Shown piece after piece: positions 13,946 to 26,493 of a DNA stretch of 64,000 bases. The translations under genes were made by a program, and so were the position numbers. Below the pieces are notes generated by a model. It was not told the origin of the DNA. It did no database searches and worked only from the letters and a program-made list of their open reading frames with translations. The DNA lies in contig CAUYUJ010000146.1 in the NCBI GenBank assembly GCA_963575745.1, forward strand, positions 1 to 64,000, written 5' to 3'. Source of the stretch: Prorocentrum cordatum (taxonomy: Eukaryota). The first letter of the stretch is position 1. Each line of letters starts with the position of its first letter.

Positions 13946-15000
13946 CTCAGCGCTTTCCTCCTGGGAGCTGCTGCTGAAGCTGCTGCCGCGGCTGCTGCTG
14001 CTCTGCGCCCTGGCTCCTCTGCTGGTGCGCGCTTCGACTGCTTCCTGACCGCTTCCCGAGCTGGTGGCGGTGCCTCAGCTCGCGCTCCAGCCTGTGCTGC
14101 CAGGCCCTTCGCAATGTCCTCCGCGCCCAGCAACGCCCCCAGTCTGGCTGTGCACTCCGTAGTGTGGTGCTGGCCCGTCTGGTCGCAAGCTGGGCAGCCA
14201 AGTGCCCGACCCAACCGGTTGAGACTCCCCTTGGTCAGGTACCTCGGCCTGTTCACGGCCTCCTGCGCCGGCAGCGTTGCCTTCGGGTCGACAGGTGTGC
14301 AGGTGATCTGGCGGAAGAGGTTCTTGTTCCACCGATTCTCGTCGGGCCTCCTGGCGATCGATCTCGCAAAGGCCCGCCCCCGTGGTGCGCCGATCATGTG
14401 CTCATCGCTGACGTTCACCTTGCCGAGCCAGATGCCCTTGTCCCAACTGGCTCCCATCTTCCCAGCGGGTCCTCGGGGTAACTTGTGCATCGCGGTCTCC
14501 GCGAACTCTGCGATTTGACCGTGGTAATCTCGTCCTTTGAGCCGACGATGCGGTGTCAGCCCATCTTCTCTAACGGTAAACCTCGTGAGGATCCAGCCTG
14601 CGTGCCTGGCCAACCAACTGCTGATCGGCTCGCTTGGCTTCAGCTCCACATTGTAGTGTGCGTTGGCGGTGTGCGCGAGTGTGCGAATGAGCGGCTGGAC
14701 TCTGCCTCCTGCCGCCTCGATCAGACCCTTGGACTTGGACTCGAGCCTTGGGCCGACCTGCAACGCCGTCTCCTCGTTTGCGCGGCTGCTGCCACTCTCG
14801 CAAGCGCCGTGATCGCGTTCTCCTGGTCACACGACGCCACCGCGCGCTTGCGGCCCCAGTGCTGCACCGCCTGCACCAGGACCTTGATGCCGTAATCCAC
14901 CGCGCCCTTCCCCACGACGTTCGCACTCTCGATAGCCGACGACTCGAAGTCCAGGCAGACCAGCAGCGTCATCATATCATCGGTGCCCTTCATTCCTGGG
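13942..15000 (-). pseudogene. Copia integrase (frameshifted)
   Basis: CDQENAI, SKGLIE, WLARHAGWILTRF, GLTPHRRLKG, WDKGIWLG. Confidence 0.85.
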
Positions 15001-15092
15001 AACGAGTAGTCGAACCAGACCTGGGGCGTGTCCCTCTCCTGGTCCGTCCTGGCATGAACTTATTCGCGTCCTCCTCCGGCTACGCAAGCCTT

Positions 15093-17237
15093 TCACCGCG
15101 AACGACGCGGCCAGTGGGTAAGTCGATGTAGTTGACGCTCGGCAAGCGGTGGCATCGCTGGAACACCCTTCGCTCTCGCAGCCCTGCTCTCGGGGCTGTC
15201 GCGCAGTTCGACGGCGTCCCTCTGCTTGCGAACGATCTCCAGGTGGTCGGCAGGTTGAGCGTCTCTAGGTTCTGATGCTGCCGCTGCTGCTGCGGCAGGT
15301 GCCGCTCCTGCGGCTGATGAGCTCGCTGCTCCTCCTGGGCTAACTCCTGATGCCTCGCCTCCTGCTGGTCCTGGCTGCCGTCCATCCCGATAGACTGGAA
15401 TGGGTTGAGCTACAGCTGGCTGTCGTAGTGGGGCGATCGTGACTGCTGGCCCGCTGGCTGTGACCACGCGCTTCATCTTCATGTACCGGGTGCGGTCCTG
15501 CTGCGCCACTGGGAAGATCCGTCCGCTCGGCGCCTCCAGCACGCTCGAGTACAACCCGTATTTGGGAACGAAGCCTGCCTCCAGCAAATTCAGCTGCGCC
15601 ACGATCGGGCACTTAACGTTCGTGATCTGGAACCTCATCTGGAAGATCTCCTGCTGCTGGTCGAGCGCCGTCGCAATGGCGTTGACCTCGCACACGCCTG
15701 TGTGGATGATCGACTGCCCTGTCGCGGCCTCAAGCGGTGGCAAGTTCTTCGGCGCAATCCAGTTGCTACTGCCCTGCGGTTCAGCCTCTGCGAACACCAT
15801 GGGACAAGTAGTGATGCCTGCGCCGCTGTCGATCATCAGGTAGTCCGCGTCGTCATCTTCGAAGATGCTCGCACCTGCGGCTGGCAGCATGCTCGCGTAG
15901 ATGGGTCCCTTGTCGTCTGTGTCGGGCCACGGGTACGCGCGCTCTTCTTGAATGGTGGTTGGCGTGCCTCTCACCTGTTGAAGTGCCATCGCCGATCCTG
16001 AAATCGCCGATGATGGGCCGACTGTCGACTGCGCCAGTCCCCTTGCCGTGTCCAGGTGGTGTTGCGCCAACATGCTAATGGGAATCGTGTTCACTAGTGA
16101 TGCCGAGTCATTCGGGCCGATGGTGGACGTCGCGCATCCAGGTTGAGCTGGTTGCTGCTGAGGAACGACTACATTGGTATTGCTGTTCTGGCTCGCCTGT
16201 CTCTGTTCATAGCGCCTATTTCTCCTGCGCGTCTCCGTCACGTGTCCGGCCATATTACACCAGTCGCACCACTTGTTTTTCTTCGCAGCCTTGGACTTTT
16301 CTCTGTCGTCTTCACCTTTACCTTTGGCTTTGCCTTCGTCGTCTTTGACTTTACCTTTGGCACTCTTGCCCTTGGCTTCGGAGTCTTTGCCGCCTTTATC
16401 GTACCAGCCGCGAACTGCGTCCGCGTCCATCGACGCCACCTGATCGTTGTCTCGATGACAAACGCGACGATTCACGATGTAGTCCACGATCTCCTTTCTA
16501 GTTCAACGTCAGGTGCGACTTCAGAACTTCGCCTTCATGCCCTTGGACCAGCGCGTTCGCTTTGATATTCTGGCAGGATATCCTCGGTCGTACTCGGTGA
16601 CCTCGCGCTCCCATGTCTCGATGGCTTCTCTGTGTCCAACTCCAGCCTGGAACGTCGTGTTGAGCAACTGGTTGAGCAGCGCACCCTGTCGTCCCCTGAC
16701 CCTGGGTTCGTACTCCATGATCAGCTGTCTCCAGGCCTCGAAACCGTTGGAGCTCTTCGTGTTCTTGATCAGCTTGAATCCACGAGACTTCATCGCCATA
16801 CTCACCGTCAGCAAGTAATGGAACAGCATCCTCGAGCGCTTCTCATCTCCGGCCTTCTCGTCATTGAAAGATCTGCCCATGACCACTTCTTCGTCCATGG
16901 TCGTACTTCTGTCCATCAATTCGGTGGTACGCTCGTCCTGTGATGCCACATAGCTGCGACACAAGAAAGACCAGTCTGACAAGGACTCCTGCTTACCGTC
17001 AAACTTGTCGGGGTTCTTCGTAATCTTCGTGTCGAATGGCATTGTGTCCAGCTCCGTTCCTGCTGCAGCGGCCACTCCCGCCGCAGCTCCTGCCGCCGCG
17101 CCGCCATCAGCGGCGCGAGCGGCTGCCTCGTGCAGTTGATCCGTTCGATCCCGCTGGCGTCGAGCCTCCTGCACCAGCTCTATGTTCGCCTGCTCGAGCG
17201 CCTCGAGCCTTCTGACGATTTCCTCGGGCGTTGCCAT
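15093..17237 (-). pseudogene. Copia gag-protease (frameshifted near 16500)
   Basis: NPDKFDG...W and NGFEAWRQL (gag); degenerate zinc knuckle CDWCNMAGH; protease MIDSGAG; start of the integrase HHCC (HRLTH). Confidence 0.85.
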
Positions 17238-17473
17238 CCTCGATATCCTTAATCGCGAGCTGGCCCTGCTTCTTGATAGCACATAGCCACCTGCCGAGCT
17301 CTGCCCCATATCCTCTGATCTTGCCGAGCGAGATCAGCTGGATCGTAATCCTCTTCCAGTCGCACTGGTAGTCTCTCTCTCCGCCGCTGCTGATTGTGAT
17401 CAGCTCGAAACCCTCGTTCTCGCCAGCCCTGGCTGACGTTGTCACTGATTCCGTGGATCGTGCAGCGCCGAAG

Positions 17474-17486
17474 CGCTCCGCTACCA
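17474..17486 (-). promoter_or_regulatory. Primer binding site, tRNA-iMet-like
   Basis: TGGTAGCGGAGCG abutting the 5' LTR; resembles the canonical TGGTA(G/T)CAGAG. Confidence 0.75.
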
Positions 17487-17635
17487 TCCGAGAGCCCAAA
17501 ATGGGCGGCGGTAGCTGCGGGAGGTATCCGATCTCATATCCGAAACCTTTTTCTCGAGCCTCGCGGGGGGGTGCGGGGCGCAGCAAATCAGATCCTTCTG
17601 AAACATTATCTGGCTAGGAGGCGATATGACACGCA
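17487..17635 (-). repeat. 5' LTR
   Basis: Minus strand TGCGTGTC...CGGA, directly followed by the PBS. Confidence 0.9.
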
Positions 17636-18809
17636 CATTCTCTCCCTCCTCGTGGATCGTAGATAGCCTGCTGTCATCACCCTCGGTGTAGGCCGGCGCC
17701 TCTGGTTCTTCGCGTGGCCGCGCAGGTTCATCGTTGCCACATGGGCTGTCAACACATTCCCAACACTTTGCCACGTTTTCGTCGGATCTGGCCAGTTGTC
17801 GGGAAACTTTGGGGCACTCGATTGTTATAGCGTGGCTGCTCCCAGTCGTGTCCAAGCTGTTCACGTCTGTGCAATTGGATCCGTAGTAGTGAAGCCCATG
17901 GTTCGCATCGTCGCCGCAGTGTACTAGATGTGCAGCTGTCATCATGGGTAAACATAGGTACATGATGCACACTGGAAACTCGCCGCGCTGCTACCACGTT
18001 CTCAATTTTGGAATAGTTCCGGATCAAGTATTCAACAAGACGGCAACGAAGCGGCACCAACCGAGCACCAACCGAACTCCACACGCACCCACCCAACGCA
18101 CGAGGCGGCAACGAGGCGGCACCAACCGGGCACCAAACGAAACACCGACACAACAACCCAACGCACGAAACGGCAACGGGGCGGCAACTACCCTGCGTCA
18201 ACGGGCACCAACCGAAATCCAGACACATCCGTTCAATTCTTCAATAACCCACGTAATAATCCCTAAGTGCAAGATGGCCGCTAGTGATGATGAGTGACGA
18301 AAGCTCAGACAGCAAAGACAACAACGACGACCAACGAGCGACGACGAGCGACGACCGAGGATGAGGGGCATGAGCTGCGAGCGACGACCGACAAGGAAGG
18401 CGACGAAGAACGAACACGACAACGAAGACAATGACGACTCCTGGGTATTTTCCGAGTCGCGTCCAGCAGTGGCGACACTAACCTGCCAAGACCACCGAAG
18501 CAGTCAAAACACATGCTTTAAACCTTCCTTCCAGGAAGCAGGAGGCTGTCCTCCTTATCCCGACGACCTCAACGACGCGAGCGGTCTGCAAAATCTCGCG
18601 GCACCTTCGCTCACACAGAGAGCATCGCGGACAGCTTGCGGAGGGCCATGGTGAACATTTTCTCACTCGGCGTTTCGACATTGGGCGGAAGGAGGGGGGA
18701 GGGGGGTGGTCTGGCTCCAGACCTCTGCTTCGTGCGACTGCTTGCAGCAGTGCGTCCTTTTTGGGGAGACTCCACCTGCTCGAAACCGGCGCCAAAAACA
18801 GCCAAAATA

Positions 18810-18979
18810 CAGTCGGGGCATTGACCGAAGGAACCCAAAATAAGGAACGAGGCCCCTATTTTCTATAACTTCGATTTCGCATCGAAAACCGACGGAAAAT
18901 CCAAGGCAAGCTGCGAAACACTTAAGGAGCACAGAGCCCCTCCCCAACGACAAGGGTTCCTTCTTCAGGGCCCCGACTG
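18810..18979. mobile_element. MITE family A (TIR CAGTCGGGGC, TA TSD)
   Basis: TA|CAGTCGGGGC...GCCCCGACTG|TA. Confidence 0.85.
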
Positions 18980-19131
18980 TATACTCCATGGGGGGGGGGG
19001 AGGGGAGGAGGAGGAGGAGGAGGAGGAGGAGGAGGAGGAGGAGGAGGAGGAGGAGGAGGAGGGGGAGGAGGAGGAGGAGGGGAGGAGTAGGAGGAGGAGG
19101 CGGACGATGATGATGATGATGATGATGATGA

Positions 19132-19170
<39 letters not shown>

Positions 19171-19564
19171 TGATGATGATGCTGATGCTGAGAGGAGGAG
19201 GAGGAGGAGGAGAGGAGGAGGAGGAGAGGAAGGAGGAGGAGGAGGAGGGGGAGCGAGGGGGGGGGGGGAGTGGTGTGGTGTGGCGGGGGGAGGGGCGGGG
19301 GGGGGGGGGCGGGGGGAGCGAGGCCCCGCGCCGATCTGCAAAACAATGACTGGGTAGTCGAAGCCAATCTGGCGCCAATCTGGCAGGCCCAATCTGGCAA
19401 ACGGGGGCAATCTGGCGAGGGAGCCAGCGCGAATCCAGTCCGGCGAGTCACCCAAATCGTCCAGCTTGGCCAGGCCGGACTGGCCCTTGGGGCCCAATCC
19501 AATCTGACAGTCTGGCCCTCGACTGCCCAGAATGAAGGACGGAGCATCACCGTGCGCGCGCTTC

Positions 19565-19761
19565 TCGGGTCGGGCGAAAGGGGGGGATAAGCAAAGGCGG
19601 GGGTTTGAGAATAGCTCGCGTAGCTGGTTTTCCCGGCGCCTCCCGGCGCCGGGAGGCGGCCATGTATCGAGGAACGGGCCCCTCGGTGGGGCCGAAACCA
19701 GCTGCATGCAGCAAATTTTGTAACCTCCCCTTTCCCAATCCCCCCCTTTCGCCCGGCCCGA
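19565..19761. mobile_element. MITE family B (TIR TCGGG[T/C]CGGGCGAAAGGGGGG)
   Basis: Three copies in the window; GCTTC flanks this copy on both sides. Confidence 0.8.
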
Positions 19762-20249
19762 GCTTCTGCTCAGAGTGTGGCTCGCGGCGCCGCGCGCCCT
19801 GCAGAGCACGCCGCCCTCCTACAGGGAAGGGGCCGGGAGGCCACGCGCTCCTGCGCGCCGTGCGGGCCTCGCCGGCGCGACCCCGCCACGTGCATCTGCA
19901 GGGGGGGCCCGCCAGAGGCGCACGCGCCCGGCCACGCACGCGAACACCACGCCCGGCCACGCACGCGAACACCCGCGCCCGACTCATACTTTAAGCCTCT
20001 GGGTTGCAGGATCAGGGCCTCTCCCCTGGCCTTCGAAAGTTTCAACGGAGACTGGCGTTCCTCGTCCCAGGCTGGTTCTCGACGGCCCCTGGGGGCAAAG
20101 AGCATTGCGAACAACACTCCGCCTGCCGCTGGAGGTCCGGGAAGGCTTCGGGGACGGGCTGACCAAGGTCAGTGCTACCCTGAGGTCGGGCATGTCCCCC
20201 TCCAGCCCGCGAGGCCGGCCACTTGTTACGAGCGCTCGCGCAACGCATG

Positions 20250-20427
20250 CAGTCGGGGCGTTGACCTAAGGAACCCTGAATTAAGGAACGAGGCCCCTAT
20301 CTTCCCATAAGTGAAACTTCGATTTCGTACCGAAGACCTAGGGAAAACCTGAGGCAAGCCGCGAAACTATCAAGGAACACGGAGCCCCTCCCCAACGAAA
20401 AGGATTCCTTCTTCAGGGCCCCGACTG
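20250..20427. mobile_element. MITE family A copy
   Basis: Same TIRs and interior. Confidence 0.8.
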
Positions 20428-20835
20428 TACTCCGAATTCCATACGTAGGGGGTGGGTGGGTCGCAGACCTCTCGGACGAGCACCTCCAGACACCTCCCTC
20501 CATCCCCCAGACCAGCCATGAGGGGGCGGCCTTTTTGCCCTGTCGCGTGGGACTTCCTCGCAATTTATTCAGACGTCGCGTCCTCGACATTCAGGCGTCA
20601 CGCTCTCGCAGTAGATTTCCTCACGATTGATTTGGGAATCGAGCTGTCGCTCGAGACTTCCTCGCAATTCATGCAGGACGCACGCTTGAGTAACCCGCCT
20701 GCTCGACCTGGCCGCCAGGGCCCCCACAGTATCCTCCAAGACGGCTCCCATCAGACCCCCCCGCTGAATCAGACCCCCACCCTCCCCTTGTGGAGTCCGG
20801 AGTCCTCTGGGACCCGAAGCAAATTCGTTTACGCT

Positions 20836-21075
20836 GGAGGCCTCCTGAATGGGGTCGGAGTAGATGGGGTCGGAGGAAATCGCCGCATCGCCGATACATC
20901 GGCTATGCACTGGCGACGTCGGCGATGCATCGGCGATGCAGTGGCGACGCCGGCGAAGCATTTGCGACGCCAGCATGAAGAAACTCGGGCTCCACATCGA
21001 GCCGCATCGCCGATGCATCGGCGATGCGGCGCGATCCTCCGACCCCATCTATTCCGACCCCATCTAGGAGGCCTA
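20836..21075. mobile_element. MITE-like family C (GCATCGCCGATGC internal palindromes); related inverted copy at about 25533-25755
   Basis: Ends AGGCCTCC..ATGGGGTCGGA and TCCGACCCCAT..GGAGGCCT. Confidence 0.6.
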
Positions 21076-21450
21076 GACCAGGAGATCCAAGAAGGACCCG
21101 GGAAACTCTCGGAGGCCTTCGTAACAAAAACGCCCCAGGTCCTCGAGCCTCGACGGCGACGACGGCCTCTCTGGAATATCGGCCGACGCGACGTGAGCCC
21201 GAGCAGCTTTCGGAGGTCCACGCGGATCTGCCGAGCCGGGGAGGAGGAGGAGGAGGAGGAGGAGGAGGAGGCGGAGGACAAAGAGGAGGAGGAGGAGGCC
21301 GGAGCGCGCATGGGGGGCGGCGCCAGAGGCAACGCCAGCTGGAGCCCTGCGCCGAGCCAGCACGTATGCCGCACACGTCCGAACGCCTGTGCCCGTGCTG
21401 CTCGCGCGAGGGGCAACGTCAACCGGCGGTGGACAAACCTCCCTTTAGTA

Positions 21451-21626
21451 CAGTCGGGGCATTGACCGAAGGAACCCTAAATAAGGAACGAGGCCCCTTT
21501 TTCCCATAAGTTAAACTTTGATTTCCGATCGAAAACATAAGGAAAACCTGAGGCAAGCTGTGAAACACTTAAGGAACGCGGAGCCCCTCCCCAACGAAAA
21601 GGGTTCCTTCTTCAGGGCCCCGACTG
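21451..21626. mobile_element. MITE family A copy with an empty-site paralogue
   Basis: TTTAGTA[MITE]TAAACCTCC versus empty TTTAGTAAACCTCC near 22005. Confidence 0.9.
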
Positions 21627-21772
21627 TAAACCTCCCCTCAGTGAAAACGGCCTGGGACCGAAACCGACGGACCTGGACCCGCAAAAATGCCGGCCGCGAC
21701 GCCCTCTCGCGAACCGAAAACGGCCAATTCACCAATCGACGTGCCAGGGTAGGAGGCCTGTCGACCTCCGAG

Positions 21773-21966
21773 TCGGGTCGGGCGAAAGGGGGGGATAGCA
21801 AAGGGGGGTTTGAGAATCAGCTCACGTAGCTGATTTTCCCGGCGCCTCCCGGCGCCGGAGGCGGCCATGCATCGAGGCATGGGCCCCTCGGTGAGGCCGA
21901 AACCAGCTGCATGAAGCAAATTTCGTAGCCCCCCCTTTCCCAATCCCCCCCTTTCGTCCGGCCCGA
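21773..21966. mobile_element. MITE family B copy
   Basis: Same TIRs and interior. Confidence 0.8.
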
Positions 21967-23408
21967 GCGAGGGGCAACGCCTGTCGGTGGTGGACAAACC
22001 TCCCTTTAGTAAACCTCCCCTCAATGAAAACGGCCCGGGACCGAAACCGACGGACCTGGACCCGCAAAAATGCCGGCCGCGACGCCCTCCTCCTCCTCCT
22101 CCTCCTCCTCCTCCTCCTCCCTCCCTCCCAATCCCCCCCTTCGCCGGCCCTGAGCGAGGGCAAAGTCCAGGGGTGGCACAGGCGCAGGGAACGTCACGGT
22201 GGGGCGCTGCGCCGAGGAGAGGCACCGTCGGGCCGGGGAGCGCGCACGCCGACGGGTCGGCGGAGGGGCCCTCCCCCCCGGTGCGGGCAGGGGCCCGGCC
22301 CCCCTTCGCAGACGTGTGGGCTCGTGAAGCAGAGGACGAGGAGGAGGCGTCGAGGAGGAGGAAGGAGCGAGCAGGCGGCGAGGAGGAGGGAGGAGGATGG
22401 GGAGCGGGGGGCTTTTGGGAGTGGAGGGGGTGGGAGGGGTGATGGCGGAGATTGGAGAGCGGGAGGGAGGGGTGAGGCGGGGGTTTGGGGTTTTGGGAGT
22501 GAGCGGGGGAGAGCGGGAGGAGGGGAGGGTGGAAGGAAGAGGGAGGAGGAGGAGGAGGAGGAGCGAGGTTCTCGGGCCCAAGACCTGTTGGGCGCACGCC
22601 TGGAAGACGACGGCCGCGGCGCCGCCTCCGACATCTCTCACCGTGTTTTGCCAGGACGTTGCCTTCCTTTGTTGGGGCAGCCTGTGCGCTATGATCTGCG
22701 ACCTGGGCAGGGAGAGGGCGGCCCTTCTCTCAGGTATATCTCCTGAAGAGGGCCGAAGACGGACAGTTCGCCAGTCGACGTGGCAGGGGGGGGGGGGGGC
22801 CTCTGTCTACACCCCCGAGCGCGACGGCCCAAACCTTCAGTCGGGCCTATCCCCCTACAGGGGGATTTTCGACGAAAAATAAAAAATACCCCAAAAATAA
22901 TAAACAAAAATCCAAAAATAGTCTGGGGACTATTTTTAAAGTGTTTTTGTTGACCTTTTTGGGGCATTGTTGGGGTATTTTTTATTTTTCGTCGAAGATC
23001 TTCCCGCAGGGGGGGGACACGCCCGACATAAGCCTACACCCCCGAGCGCGACGGCCCAAACCGCACGCGCGCCCGGGCGCGCTCGTGGGCTCTCTCTGGA
23101 GTAGGAGGAGGAGGAGGAGGAGGAGGAGGAGGAGGAGGTGAGGTAGGAGGAGAGAGGAGGGGGAGTTTTTGAGGAGGTTTAGGGGAGGAGGATAAGCAGT
23201 GATTAGTAGGGTCGCAGTAGGAGGAGGAGGAGGAGGTAGGAGGTTAAGGAGGAGGAGAGGAGGGGGAGGAGGAGGAGGAGGAGGGGGAGGAGGAGGAGGA
23301 GGAGGGGGAGGGGGAGGGGAGGAGGACCGAACGAGTGAGGAGGAACAGGAGGAGGAGCGAGGAGGAGGAGGAGGAGGAGGAAGGAGGAGGAGGAAGAGGA
23401 GGAAATGA

Positions 23409-23440
<32 letters not shown>

Positions 23441-26400
23441 GAGGAGGAGTCGGCATCCCCTCCTCCTCCTACCTCCTCCTCCTCTTCCTCTCCTCCTCCT
23501 CCTCCTCCTCCTCCGCCCCGCGAAGAACCCCCCCGGCACGCGCAGCCGGTTTGGGAAACGCACCCCTAGAATGCATGAAACAGGGCAGGGCTGCTTAGAG
23601 GGAGCGCCCACCGCCGCTCCGCAAGCGTACCCACAGAGGGAACCTCACAGAGGGCAGGGCTGTTTCGTAAACGCCCACGGCCGTTCAGTCAACGCCAATT
23701 GAAAACAATTGAAAAAAGGAACGTCGAACGTGAAAGAAGCTGAAAAAAACAAAAACAACACAAGGGAAAATCGAACGTGAAACAAACTACAGGCCCTCAA
23801 TGGTGTCATTTGTTGTCCGGTCTGGGTGGCTCTTCCTCCATTTTGATGACCCCTTCGACGCCCAGCGGTCTTAGTTCGGGCCATTGCTCAAGCCTCCGGC
23901 GGCCCATCGGGACGATCTGGGCACGCCTCGGGGCGCCCTCGGCGGCCTGCACGGTGGAGGTTCTGGATCAGGATGCCTTCGATAAGGAACCCAGGGTCTC
24001 GCGACCGGCGGGCGGCCAAACGTGGCCCACCCACCTCGCCTTGACACAAGAAGGAATGCGCCAGGGTCTGGGCCCCAGGAAGACGTTCCTTATCTAATGC
24101 CGCCGCCGTAACTCAAGCCTCCGGCGGCCGTTCGGGACGATCTGGGCCCCTGGGCACCCGTTGGGGCGCTCTCGGCGAGGAGGACTCCCAGGAAACCTCG
24201 AGCCTATAACGACAGCTCGTGAATCCGTGAGGTTCACAGTGAGAAGTGAGATGCGAGAAGTGGCCGTGCAAGCGCACCCCTTAACCCCATCCGGGCCACC
24301 GCCGAAGCTCCACGACGGATTGGCTGGATCATCCACCGCCTACGGTCATCGTGCTACCACAAGGTCTCTGTGGCAACGGACAGCCTCGGCCACGACTAGG
24401 TTCGCCGACCCAGCTTCACGGCACGTCTCGAAGACCAGGGCCCCTCCTGAGCCCAAGGCAGTCCTTACTGCAGCGTCTTGACTGTAACGTTGCCACGGAT
24501 TCGGGGTTGGTCCTCTCCACCTCTCCCGACCATCGCTCGGGGCGGGACTTGCTGCCGCCGATCGCCCAGGTGAGTTCGACGACCGCCCCCTGCGCGCATC
24601 GCTCGTGTCGAAGTTCCTTCGCAAGGGGAGGCTTAGGCGGGAGATTTGCTAGCAGGTGCCCCACTCGCCCAGGGGGGCCTCCCATCGGCGACGACGGCGC
24701 CCTCTGCCACTCGGAGGCGGTGCCCGCCCGCGTGCGCCGGCGACGGGGCAGGGCCAGACAACACTGAATCGCGACATCGGATCGGCTCGGAACGTACATC
24801 GACTCGGGCCGCATCTGAGGCGAAGCCAGGACGAGCCAAAAAACCGGGTGAGTATTCGCCGCGCATTTCTGAGGTCTGGCGGCTCTGGAGAGTGTCTTGG
24901 GCACCGCGGTCTTCTCAAAACATTCCAGAGCGCTCTGAGAGCGTTTCGGAACGCTCTGGAACGGATTTATCCTCGTCCTAGCCCCACCCGATGCAGTGGA
25001 GGCCAGTCCGCAAGAAACCTTCCACAAGAAACCCAACCCTTGGACCCAAGGACGTCCATTGACTTGTGGCGTGGGAGCGTCACGCTTTCCGTAGAAAAAC
25101 CATCGACCCACCCAAAAAACCCAGGGCACCCTGGAGGCAAGCATAATGTTTCTTGGTATGGGTCTTTGTGGGCCCCGGAAACGGCAGGGCCGTTTTTCCA
25201 GCGTTTCCAAAAAAATGTCCCTTGAAAATGGAAACGGCAAAAAAACGGCGACCGGAAACGGCAAAAAAACGGCTCCAGGATTGGAACCGGAGCCGGAACC
25301 GGTCAAAAAACGGCGACGGAACCGGTAAAAAAGCGGCGTCGGAACCGGCAAAAAACGGCAAAACGGAACCGGTAAAAAAACGGCCCTGTCGTTTCCAGGG
25401 CCCACTGAGGTATGGGTCTCCACTGTACATCGAATCGGGCCTCATCGGCACGGAGCCGGGCTCGACCCGGAGCGGCCGCGCCCAGGCGTGCAAGCAGCGC
25501 CATGTGAGCATCGGGCCGCATGGGATCGTCACCGGCCTCCCAGGGATGGGGTCGGAGCTGACGGGGTCGAAGGATCGCGCCGCATCGCCGACGCACTGCC
25601 GATGCATTGGCGGTGCGTTGGCGGTGCACCAGCGACGTTAGCGATGCATCGGCGCCGCCGGCGTGGAGAAAATCAGGTTCCACGTCGCATCGCCGATGCA
25701 TCGGCGATGCGGTGCGACCCTCCGACCTCATCTGCGTGGACCCCGTCTAGGAGGCTCAGAATGGTCGGAATGTCGGAAGACTGCTTCTTAGCAGGCGCAG
25801 GCCCTGCATCTACCGACACGGCCCGCGCCTTCTCAGAAGCAGGGGAGCTTCTAAGCAACCTCCCCCCGTCCCCCAACCCACCCAGACGAGCGCGTTCCGC
25901 TACTCCCACACCAACTACTCGCAGGGGGCCTGGATCCACCGCGGGGGATTTGCGATAGCTTGCATCGAGGCAGGGACATGTGCATTTCTGACAACTGCGA
26001 GCAGGCGCCCTGCGAGCAGAGGAACGCGCTCGGTGACCACCTCTGCGCGTGGCCGATTCTGGCAACGCCCGACGGAATCGAATCGGATCGGGCCGGCCGG
26101 GACCACAGACCGCCGGCGTCTCCGTGCTTGGTCGCGGCACGGGCCCCCTCGCTCTCGACCAGTGCCCCCGGAAGACCGGTCGGAGGAGGAGGAGGAGGAG
26201 GAGGAGGAGGAGGAGGAGGAGGAGGAGGAGGAGGAGGAGGAGGATTACCAGCAAAGGAGGAGGAGGGGAGGAGGAGGAGGAGGAGGGAGGAGGAGGAGGA
26301 GAGGAGGAGGGAGGAGGAGGAGGAGGAGGAGAGGGAGGAGGAGGCAGGAGCAAGGATAGGGAAGTGTGGAAGTTGAAAAGGGAAGGAGGAGGTAGCAGTT

Positions 26401-26462
26401 ATATAGTGGAGGAGAGGAGCAGGAGGAGATAGAGGATATATATATATATATATATATATATT

Positions 26463-26493
<31 letters not shown>

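Larger units (their letters stand above)
11839..17635 (-). mobile_element. Full-length decayed Ty1/copia LTR retrotransposon
   Basis: 149-bp LTRs at 11839-11987 and 17487-17635 (about 15 mismatches); TSD CATTC at 11834-38 and 17636-40; gag-PR-IN-RT-RH order. Confidence 0.93.
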
